Positions 8,012 through 15,763 of a stretch of 21,807 nt of DNA are shown piece by piece. A program made the position numbers and the translations under genes. The stretch is from positions 1 through 21,807 of the forward strand of contig JBGSIV010000258.1 of the NCBI GenBank assembly GCA_041742355.1, given 5' to 3'. The notes under the pieces were generated by a model. It ran no database searches and was not told the origin of the DNA. It worked only from the letters and a program-made list of their open reading frames with translations. How positions within the stretch are numbered: the first letter of the stretch is position 1; each line of letters starts with the position of its first letter. The stretch comes from Candidatus Zixiibacteriota bacterium (GTDB lineage: Bacteria > Zixibacteria > MSB-5A5 > GN15 > FEB-12).

Positions 8012-10387
8012 TTAGTTTGCTTCCGACTCAACCTTCGAGGCCGGTTCCGTACCGGCGAAGGTGTCGAGGTAGGATTTGTCCACAAGCACTTCGCGGGCCT
8101 TGGATCCGTCAAACGGCGACACCACCCCCGCCTGCTCGAGCTTGTCGATCAACCGGGCTGCCCGCTGGTAGCCGATTCCGAGGCGGCGCTGCAGGAGCGA
8201 TACTGAGCCCTGCTTGTGCCGAATAACCGCCTCGCAGGCCTCCCGGAACAGCGGATCGGCCGCATCGACTTCCTCCACCTCGGCCGAATCACCGGTCGCC
8301 TGGCTGATATTCTCCAGCTTGAGCATCGGGAGATCCTGATCCTTGATGAACTTCACGATCGACTCCGTCTCCTCCCCCGTCAGGTAGCCGCCATGGATAC
8401 GCGTCGGCTCCGGCTGCCCCGGGTGCAGGAACAGCATATCCCCGTACCCCAACAGCTTCTCCGCCCCGTTCGCATCGATAATCGTGCGGGAATCTACCTT
8501 CGACGACACCTGAAACGCCAGCCGCGCCGGGAAATTCGCCTTGATCAGACCGGTGATAACATCCACCGACGGCCGCTGGGTCGCCAGTACCAGGTGAATC
8601 CCGACCGCCCGCGCCATCTGCGCCAGCCGGGTGATCAGCAGCTCCGTCTTGGTCGAGGTCGAGGACATCAGAAGATCCGCCAGTTCATCGACCATAATCA
8701 CGATATACGGCAGACGGGTCTCGTCCGACTCCTGCTTGCGATTGAAGTCCTCAATATTGCGCACCGATGCATTGGCGAGCTTTCGGTATCGCGCCTCCAT
8801 CTCGACCACCGCATCCGAAAGAACCTTTTCCGCCCGCTTGGGATTGGTCACCACCGGGCGCCCGAGGTGCGGTATGCCGGTGTACACCGTCAGCTCGAGC
8901 ATCTTCGGATCCACCATGATGAACCGGATCTGGTGCGGATGCAGCTTGTAGATGAGCGATGTCACCAGGACATTCATGCACACCGACTTGCCCGATCCGG
9001 TCGCACCGGCAATCAGCAGGTGCGGCAGCTTGGCCAGATCCGTCACATACGGCTTGCCCGAGGTCGTCTTCCCCAGCGCCAGCGGCAGCCGCATATTCGA
9101 CCGCGTGAACGCGTCATCCTCGAGCACCTCGCGCAGGTAGACAATCTGCGCCTTCCGGTTCGGAATCTCGATCCCCACCGCCGCCTTGCCCGGGATCGGC
9201 GCAATGATGCTAATACGCTTGGCCTTGAGCGCCAGCGCCAGGTCATCCGACAGGTTCAAAAACTGATTGACCTTCACTCCTGCGGCCGGCTTCAACTCGT
9301 ACCGCGTGATCACCGGCCCCGGGAAATACTCGATCTCCCCCGAGATATTAACCCCGAATGTCTCCAGCGTTTCCCGAAGCGCCTTGGCCGTCCCCTTGAG
9401 CTCTTCGTCGCTGACCGTCGGGCCGCTGTTCGGATTCTCCGTCAGGCAGGTCAGTGGCGGAAAATGGTAATCGATCGAAGCGAGCGTCACCGCTTCACCG
9501 GCCGCCGCGTTCGGCGCCACCGGCTTCTTCGCCGCCTTCCGGGAACGCTTTCCACCGACCCCAGCCTCTTCGCCGTCAGCCGCTTCACCCTCTTCAAAGG
9601 CGTCCATCTGTTCGCCGAGGACGTCGTCGAACGTCTCCTTCTTCCGGGATCGCGACCTCGGCGCCGGTTCCCGTTCATCGTCCTCACCCTCCTCCGCCTC
9701 GGTCTCGGCTCCGGACAGCCCCGGCACCCACCGGAATGCGAAGAAGGCCGCGCCCGCCCGCTGGAGCCCGCCCCAGACCTTGCGGACCACATCCGCGCCG
9801 GTCCACGGCAGCGCCTTCGCCAGAAGCGGCGTGATCGACGTATACAGGATCAGCAGCAGGAGAATCACGCCCCCCAGCAAAACGTACGATCCCAGCCCTC
9901 CCACCAGTTTGAGCACGAGCTCCGTCAACTTCAACCCCACGTACCCGCCGGCCGTCCCGAGGTCATCCTCAAGCGTCCTTGCCGAAACCAGGTGGAGGTT
10001 GTAGAGCATGGTGGACAAAACCGAGATAACCAGGAGCAGGAGGACATTGAGCCGCCAGCGGTCGGCCCGCTCCTTGGCAAAGAGCCGCAACGCCGCCAGC
10101 CCGAACCCGACCGGGATGAAAAACGACAGCCAACCGGCCAGGAGCATGAGCACGAAGCCGAGGTAGGCCCCGATCAGCCCGGCCTGGTTGAGGTAGTGGA
10201 TTTCGAAGATGGGCAGATGCGCATCGACCTCCCCCCTGATCCGCAGATCATCGAGGACATCGTGGGAAGCCAGCGAAATCAGGATCAGGATTGCCAGCAG
10301 CGTCAGCACAACGCCGACCGCCTGCCGGGCACGCTCTGAAAACCCGCCGCCTGCCGCCCGTTTCCGAGTGGTTTTCTTCTTTGCCAT
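8012..10387 (-). CDS. ftsK: DNA translocase FtsK (4TM N-domain, motor, gamma domain)
   Basis: N-terminal TM helices; GPVITRYE, APIPGK.AVGIEIPN, PHLLIAGATGSGKS (Walker A), DPKMLEL, VDELADL, ATQRPSVDVITG, SLLQRRLGIGYQRAARLID. Start ATG 10387 (MAKKK). Confidence 0.98.
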   Translation of the reverse strand: MAKKKTTRKRAAGGGFSERARQAVGVVLTLLAILILISLASHDVLDDLRIRGEVDAHLPIFEIHYLNQAGLIGAYLGFVLMLLAGWLSFFIPVGFGLAALRLFAKERADRWRLNVLLLLVISVLSTMLYNLHLVSARTLEDDLGTAGGYVGLKLTELVLKLVGGLGSYVLLGGVILLLLILYTSITPLLAKALPWTGADVVRKVWGGLQRAGAAFFAFRWVPGLSGAETEAEEGEDDEREPAPRSRSRKKETFDDVLGEQMDAFEEGEAADGEEAGVGGKRSRKAAKKPVAPNAAAGEAVTLASIDYHFPPLTCLTENPNSGPTVSDEELKGTAKALRETLETFGVNISGEIEYFPGPVITRYELKPAAGVKVNQFLNLSDDLALALKAKRISIIAPIPGKAAVGIEIPNRKAQIVYLREVLEDDAFTRSNMRLPLALGKTTSGKPYVTDLAKLPHLLIAGATGSGKSVCMNVLVTSLIYKLHPHQIRFIMVDPKMLELTVYTGIPHLGRPVVTNPKRAEKVLSDAVVEMEARYRKLANASVRNIEDFNRKQESDETRLPYIVIMVDELADLLMSSTSTKTELLITRLAQMARAVGIHLVLATQRPSVDVITGLIKANFPARLAFQVSSKVDSRTIIDANGAEKLLGYGDMLFLHPGQPEPTRIHGGYLTGEETESIVKFIKDQDLPMLKLENISQATGDSAEVEEVDAADPLFREACEAVIRHKQGSVSLLQRRLGIGYQRAARLIDKLEQAGVVSPFDGSKAREVLVDKSYLDTFAGTEPASKVESEAN

Positions 10388-10397
10388 GGCCGGGGGG

Positions 10398-10426
10398 AAG
10401 TACGCTAGTCGACCGAAAAGTTTCAA
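10398..10426 (-). promoter_or_regulatory. Putative ftsK promoter (TTGAAA-N17-GTACTT)
   Basis: Minus strand TTGAAA CTTTTCGGTCGACTAGC GTACTT, immediately downstream of the HU terminator and 10 nt before the ftsK ATG. Confidence 0.5.
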
Positions 10427-10440
10427 CTACAAAAAACCGC

Positions 10441-10471
10441 AAAAAAAAGGGCCGGGGGAACTCCCCGGCCC
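10441..10471 (-). terminator. Rho-independent terminator after HU
   Basis: Minus strand GGGCCGGGG-AGTTC-CCCCGGCCC (9-bp GC stem) followed by T8, then GCGG and a further T6. Confidence 0.93.
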
Positions 10472-10492
10472 GCAAGCGCTAACCCGTGAAGG

Positions 10493-10771
10493 CTATTTCT
10501 TCTTGATCGCCTCTTTCAGATTCTTTCCGGCCTTGAACACAGGGACCTTCGTCGCGGGAATCTCGATCGATTCTCCGGTCTGCGGGTTGCGCCCGGTGCG
10601 GGCCTTGCGCTGGGTCACGGCAAACGTGCCGAACCCGGCGAAACTGATCTTCTCGTTCCTGCGGAGCTGCTTCGTCACACCTTCCATGAAAGCTTCAAGG
10701 GCCGTCGTCGCCTGGCGCTTCGTGATCCCTGAAGCCTCAGCCATGTGCGCAATCATCTCCTCTTTCGTCAT
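10493..10771 (-). CDS. hup: DNA-binding protein HU
   Basis: 92 aa, MTKEE, GFGTF, RKARTGRNPQTG, PVFKAGK.LKEA; strong SD AAGGAGG at 10781-10787. Confidence 0.97.
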   Translation of the reverse strand: MTKEEMIAHMAEASGITKRQATTALEAFMEGVTKQLRRNEKISFAGFGTFAVTQRKARTGRNPQTGESIEIPATKVPVFKAGKNLKEAIKKK

Positions 10772-10823
10772 CGTCCGTACCCTCCTTGGGTAATTTGGTT
10801 GAATGTCTCACGTAACGCCCACC

Positions 10824-10852
10824 AAAAACCGGCCGCCCGGAGCCTCTGTCAA
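10824..10852 (-). promoter_or_regulatory. Putative HU promoter (TTGACA-N17-GTTTTT)
   Basis: Perfect -35 TTGACA at 10847-10852 in the intergenic region; -10 position is non-canonical. Confidence 0.45.
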
Positions 10853-10903
10853 CAACAAAATCAGCCCGGCCCGCCCGGCCGTCAGGCGCTCCTGAACCTG
10901 TTA

Positions 10904-13900
10904 CTATCGACGAAGCACATCGGTGCTTAGGAATGTGTCGTGGTTGGAATCCAGCTTGATATCGGGCAACTCCGTGACCCAGATCTTGAACCCAAACCCT
11001 TGATTCGAACCGACCGGCACCCAGAACAGGGATCCCGTCCAGCAGTGCAAATCGCGCACGATATTCACCTCGGTCGATATCGTCCTCCCCCCCTTGATGT
11101 CATACCGCTGCAGGTAGTTGACCGAAGTACTCGGGGTCAGGCCGAAACCGAGCGTGACATTCACGAAGCTCGTCTTCCGGTAATTCGAGGAGTGCAGGCC
11201 GGTCTCGGTGAAGGAGTACGTCACCGCCAGATTCCACCCGCTGCGCGTGGCGAACCCCGAAACCGTCTGGTTCACCAGCCCGCCGAGCGAATCCGCTCCC
11301 GGCCGCACACCGGGCGGAGCCGCCTCAGGCCCGTCGGTGAAAAAGAACGTCTTCCCCGCCAACTGGAACGAGACATCCAGATCGACCGCCGTCAGCCACG
11401 GTGAAAACAGCTCCGCGTCGTTCGAGGTTGCATCGTACGGGTTGTAAAACGTGTGACTCAGCCCCCCCCGAATATTGAGCCGAGGAATCGTGGTTGTCGA
11501 GAACGACGTAGAGAGACCCGACAAGGGCCGTTCTTCCTGCTCGAAGTCGTAGCTGAACGACGAGGTCACGGACAGGAGATCCATATTCCGCTCCACCCCG
11601 CCGGCGTTGAGTTTCGCCTGAAACAGGTGGCTCAGCGAAATCTCCATGCGCTGGCTCCGGCTGCTGGCGGCCCCTCCCCCGGCAAAGCGCCGCACCTCCG
11701 GCTGCAGTTGAATGTCCGGCGACCAGGAGTATCCCACCGATGGCTCGAACACGTGCCGCAAACCGACCAGCCCGAACAGATTGGGGTATATCGTCCCGTA
11801 CAGCTTGGTGTTGGCGCTCACCCCCGCGTTGTAGGAGTACGTCCGGTAGAACTCCGACGCATCGATCCCCGCTTCGATCGACTGGTCCGTCTCGAAAATC
11901 TTGAACCAGGTCTCGCTGTAACTCGCCCGCGGCACAATATTGACATAGGGAATCACCCGAATCGTCGGCAGCGAAAGGCTCGGATTGTGCTGCATCCGAA
12001 TATAGTGCTTGCGGGAACGCGCCGTCACCGAGTCCACCCCGATTAAGGTCAGATTCGTGTCAATCGGGTTCCCGGCCGTGTCGAACACGATCGTGGTATC
12101 ATAAAGCGTGTCGGCCCCGGCCAGCACCGTGTTCCGCGAGGATGAGTTCACCAGCGACGGCGTGTAACGCAAAATGAACTGGTTGTACCACCGGCTCACC
12201 TTATCCCCCTCGTCGTTTGTCGACGAGGCCCCGAAGGGATAGATCGACGGCAGTGACACATTGAGCGTCGGCAACTGGTCCGTCCGTGACTGCAAGTCGA
12301 GGTTCTCCCGGTGCTGCACGCTCCCCGTCACCGAAATATCCCGCCCGAACTGCTTTGAGAAATTCACCTGCGAGAGCAGCTCGCGATTGAGCCGCTCGGC
12401 CAGGCTGTTGGAGTAATCCGTGTAGTAACTGGCCCGCGACACGTAACTGCCGTTTGATCGGATTGTGAACGACGGCGATATGTTGTGGTTGTACGAACCG
12501 GCAAACGAATAGCTTGTCGGCGTCGCCTCTTCACCCACCCGGCTGTTGTACTGAGTCTCTCGGCGGTACTCACCCTGGAAGGAGCCGTCTAATACGTAGC
12601 GCTTCCGGAACTGCACCCGGTTGCTCACGGTAATCATCCGTCGCTGCTCGAAGTAGTCGATTGCCCCCCGCCAGTCCCAGTACTCCGAAGCTGCCCAGTA
12701 GTAGCCCAGGTCATCAACATATCGCTCTCCCCGCTCGAAGCGCCCGAACGTGAACGGCAGGAAGCCCGAGTGCCGCCCCTTCTTGAGCGGGAAGACATAG
12801 TACGGAATCGCCAAAATCGGCAGCCGCCCGATGTAAAACACCACCGGCCGCGCAATGAGCTTGTTGTTCTCCATCAGCTTCATGCGCGGCGAGAAGAAAT
12901 GATAGTGGGGAGACGCGGCGTTGCACGTCGTGTAGTGGCCGTCCTCGATATAGTACACGTCCCGCTTCTCGCGGAACAGCTTGCCCCCGTAGTAGTACCC
13001 CTGCTGGAACTCCGACTTCGTCTGGACAATCCGCCCCTTCTCGGTGTCGATCGAATACTCGAGGTAATCCCCGAGGAGTTCCTCCTCGCCATCTTTGAGA
13101 ATAACCGGAATTGTTGCCGGCTGCAGCCGTTCGGCCAGGTTGTAGAAATCGATATCCTGCTTATCGGGATCGATCTCCGCGCTGTACGCCTCCACCACCC
13201 GCCGCCGCGTATCAAACGTGACATCGTGCGCCTTGAGCGCCATCGGCCCCGACTGCACCTCACTGCGCGTCCGCAACGTAATAATCGAATCGAGCATGCT
13301 GTATCGGATGTAATCCGAACGGTACTGGATCGTATCCACCCGCGCCGACGATGGCCTCGCGGTTGTGTCAGCCGCATCGGCCTCGGTCTCCGCGACCGTG
13401 ATGTCCGCGGCCGCCGTGTCCGTTGCCGACGTATCGGCTTCCGACGGCACCCCGGCCACCGTTGTCGTATCCGCCCCCGACGTATCCGCATCAACCGTAT
13501 CGGGTGTCGGACGATCTGTTGGCCGCTCCACCGCGGGCGCCTTGCCCGTCACATACGTCCCCTGCGCTCCCCCCTTCACCACCACCTGCTGGAGCCGCTC
13601 CTCCTCCACGAAGAACCGAATCGTGTCTCCGGACACCGTGTTCTCATGGATCTCCCGCGTCCCCCGTCGCGACGGATAGTACCACGAGTACGCCTGGCCA
13701 TAGGCCAGTACCTCGCGCAGATCGCTGTCCTCGAAAAACATCTTGATCCGCGATCCCCGCAGAATCGACCGGTCGAACTCGGTCTCGGCGCTGTCGACCG
13801 GCTCGGTGAATTCCCCGTACGCCGAATCGACCACGTCGATCTGCTTGAGCTCATCATCCCCGAACGTGATTGAGATGAACCCGCCGGTGAGCGTCGATCT

Positions 13901-14536
13901 CCCCCGTTGGGCAACCGGACCGTCGTACAGATCGAGTATCCCCGCCCCCAGCCCCATCACCGCGCAATCCGCATGGGCCACGATATCCTGCGACGTTATC
14001 ACCACATCGCCGATCGCCTCGGCATGACGTCTCGGCGCATCGTAGTCCACGAAGTTCGCGATCACCTCGACCATGTTGGCCGTATCCGGATAGCCGATGT
14101 AAATTGTCGGCCGCTCCTCCATCTGGAAACTGTCGTTGCGGCGGTCGAAGAAAGCATGGGTTCCGGCCGCGTAGAGCGAATCGTCGTACGACCAGAGTTG
14201 GACATTGTTCCCCCGCGCAATGGCCGTCTCGCTCACCAGATCGTAGTGCACCGAGTCGGCCCGAAGACGATACTCCTCGTCGTCGATCAGCACATTCCCC
14301 CGCAACACCACCTGCTCCCCCCGGACAAAACGGGCAGAGTCGGAATAGATGTGCCCGGTCCCCGACTGGAAATCGACATTCCCGCTCACATAGGTGACAT
14401 AACGACCGTTCTCGTATATGACTTCAAGCTCGTCGGCATGATTGAGAATAAGATTCTGACGATCCTGCGCGGCAACCGGCAGAACCACCAGCATGATGAG
14501 CAGCGCGGCTGCTCTGTACGCCAGACTATATCGCAC
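10904..14536 (-). CDS. lptD: LPS-assembly protein LptD with a large N-terminal OstA/LptA-like extension (1210 aa)
   Basis: Signal peptide (PVAA-Q); repeated A/SD..Y and GNV jellyroll motifs in the first ~330 aa; YTTCN..PHYHF, LPILAIPY, SGFL, LGYYWA and C-terminal RDLHCW motifs of LptD; amphipathic beta-strands in the C-terminal part. GTG start overlaps the upstream stop; tandem TAG TAA stop. Confidence 0.88.
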   Translation of the reverse strand: MRYSLAYRAAALLIMLVVLPVAAQDRQNLILNHADELEVIYENGRYVTYVSGNVDFQSGTGHIYSDSARFVRGEQVVLRGNVLIDDEEYRLRADSVHYDLVSETAIARGNNVQLWSYDDSLYAAGTHAFFDRRNDSFQMEERPTIYIGYPDTANMVEVIANFVDYDAPRRHAEAIGDVVITSQDIVAHADCAVMGLGAGILDLYDGPVAQRGRSTLTGGFISITFGDDELKQIDVVDSAYGEFTEPVDSAETEFDRSILRGSRIKMFFEDSDLREVLAYGQAYSWYYPSRRGTREIHENTVSGDTIRFFVEEERLQQVVVKGGAQGTYVTGKAPAVERPTDRPTPDTVDADTSGADTTTVAGVPSEADTSATDTAAADITVAETEADAADTTARPSSARVDTIQYRSDYIRYSMLDSIITLRTRSEVQSGPMALKAHDVTFDTRRRVVEAYSAEIDPDKQDIDFYNLAERLQPATIPVILKDGEEELLGDYLEYSIDTEKGRIVQTKSEFQQGYYYGGKLFREKRDVYYIEDGHYTTCNAASPHYHFFSPRMKLMENNKLIARPVVFYIGRLPILAIPYYVFPLKKGRHSGFLPFTFGRFERGERYVDDLGYYWAASEYWDWRGAIDYFEQRRMITVSNRVQFRKRYVLDGSFQGEYRRETQYNSRVGEEATPTSYSFAGSYNHNISPSFTIRSNGSYVSRASYYTDYSNSLAERLNRELLSQVNFSKQFGRDISVTGSVQHRENLDLQSRTDQLPTLNVSLPSIYPFGASSTNDEGDKVSRWYNQFILRYTPSLVNSSSRNTVLAGADTLYDTTIVFDTAGNPIDTNLTLIGVDSVTARSRKHYIRMQHNPSLSLPTIRVIPYVNIVPRASYSETWFKIFETDQSIEAGIDASEFYRTYSYNAGVSANTKLYGTIYPNLFGLVGLRHVFEPSVGYSWSPDIQLQPEVRRFAGGGAASSRSQRMEISLSHLFQAKLNAGGVERNMDLLSVTSSFSYDFEQEERPLSGLSTSFSTTTIPRLNIRGGLSHTFYNPYDATSNDAELFSPWLTAVDLDVSFQLAGKTFFFTDGPEAAPPGVRPGADSLGGLVNQTVSGFATRSGWNLAVTYSFTETGLHSSNYRKTSFVNVTLGFGLTPSTSVNYLQRYDIKGGRTISTEVNIVRDLHCWTGSLFWVPVGSNQGFGFKIWVTELPDIKLDSNHDTFLSTDVLRR
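13328..13543 (-). repeat. Low-complexity Asp-Thr-Ala linker within lptD (imperfect ADT repeats)
   Basis: KAPAVERPTDRPTPDTVDADTSGADTTTVAGVPSEADTSATDTAAADITVAETEADAADTTARPSSARVDTI (residues ~332-403). Confidence 0.8.
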
Positions 14537-15716
14537 GCACGAGCGTCTCCAGAATCGCTCGATAAGTCTCTAACTGCGCCGGGTCGGCTCCGCCCACCTG
14601 AGCGACGGCCTGATTCCCTCCCCCGCGCAGACCGGTTTGGGCCGATAACTCCTTCACCAGGTTACCGGCATGTAATCCGGATTGCGGCCCGACCGCAACA
14701 ATCAGCCGGCCATCGAAAAGCAGAGCCGCCACGCCGTTGACCTGCTCCGCCACCATTCCGGCCAACTGGTTGATCAGCTTGGAATCGTAGGTGTCGACCG
14801 GTGCTACCACCAGCAGACGCTCCCCGACCGCAATCGCACCCGCCGCCAGCTCCCGCGCGTGGGACGGCATCATATCTCGCTGCAGCCGCCCCATCTCCCG
14901 CTTGAGTTCCTTGTTTTCCGCTTCGATCCGATCGAAACTGCCGACCAGATCATTGACGCTGCACGTCAACTTCCGCGTCAACTGGCTGGTGACAGCGTAC
15001 CGAACGGCGAAATCCGCCCGCGCCTGCTCCCCCGCGAGAAAATTCACCAGCGCGTGCCCCCGCATCTTCTCGACCCCGACTATCTTCAGCAACCCCACCT
15101 GACCCGTCCGGTCGCAGTGCGTCCCACCGCAGGCCGAGTGGTCGAAACCGTCGATCTTGATGATCCGGATTACCCCTTCCCGCTTCGGTACCTTGCGCAA
15201 CGGCAGTTTGAGCGCCTCGGTTCGCTCGGCAAAGAGTATCTCTACCGGCAGGTCACCAAACACCGCTTCCACCGCCCGCTCCTCCGCCTCGCGCAACTGC
15301 TCCTCGCTGATCTTCTCAACATTGAGCTCGATCGCCCCGTACTCCTCCCCCAGGTGCACCGACACCGTCTCGTATCCGAACAACCGAACGAACGTCTGGC
15401 TCAGAATGTGCTGGGCGGTATGCTGCTGACGGTGCATGCGGCGGCGGTAGGCGTCAACCATCCCCGCCACCCGCTCACCGGGCGTTCCCACCGGACTCGC
15501 CGTCCAGTGCCGGACCTCTTCCGCCGGCCCCTCATCGACATCGATAACCGGCACGCCGCCGAGGAACCCCGTATCGAAGAGCTGCCCGCCCGAGGTCGGG
15601 TAGAAAGCCGAGCGATCGAGCACAGTCAGGTGCCGCCCGCTTTCCTCGCCAACCTCCACGACCGTCGCTTCGAACTCGAGCAACCCGGGATTCGTATAGT
15701 ACAATCGTTCCGTCAT
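14526..15716 (-). CDS. Free-standing alanyl-tRNA editing protein (AlaX type) with C-terminal DHHA1 domain
   Basis: MTERLYY, LDRSAFYPTSGGQ..D.G, QQHTAQHILS (HxxxH) and SACGGTH (CxxxH) zinc ligands, C-terminal RGGG...AQVG. Confidence 0.92.
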   Translation of the reverse strand: MTERLYYTNPGLLEFEATVVEVGEESGRHLTVLDRSAFYPTSGGQLFDTGFLGGVPVIDVDEGPAEEVRHWTASPVGTPGERVAGMVDAYRRRMHRQQHTAQHILSQTFVRLFGYETVSVHLGEEYGAIELNVEKISEEQLREAEERAVEAVFGDLPVEILFAERTEALKLPLRKVPKREGVIRIIKIDGFDHSACGGTHCDRTGQVGLLKIVGVEKMRGHALVNFLAGEQARADFAVRYAVTSQLTRKLTCSVNDLVGSFDRIEAENKELKREMGRLQRDMMPSHARELAAGAIAVGERLLVVAPVDTYDSKLINQLAGMVAEQVNGVAALLFDGRLIVAVGPQSGLHAGNLVKELSAQTGLRGGGNQAVAQVGGADPAQLETYRAILETLVRAI

Positions 15717-15763
15717 ACTGCCATGCTGCCGTTATCCATTGTACCCGCCAGACAGTCCTTCGC

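Noticed and set aside
9490..9715. Alternating acidic and basic low-complexity stretch in FtsK
   Set aside because: Variable disordered linkers between the TM and motor domains are normal for FtsK.
8216..10339. 707-aa plus-strand ORF (and similar ones at 1266-2813, 2934-3884, 14682-15908, 19025-20323)
   Set aside because: Antisense shadows of well-supported minus-strand genes; Arg/His/Pro-rich, no recognisable motifs, expected in high-GC coding DNA.
10856..10900. Short hairpins (TCAGG-AGCG-CCTGA; CGGCC-N5-GGCCG) and a CCGGCC(C)GCCCGG near-repeat after lptD as terminator or ncRNA
   Set aside because: Stems are only 5 bp and the T-run is short and offset; not enough support for a call.
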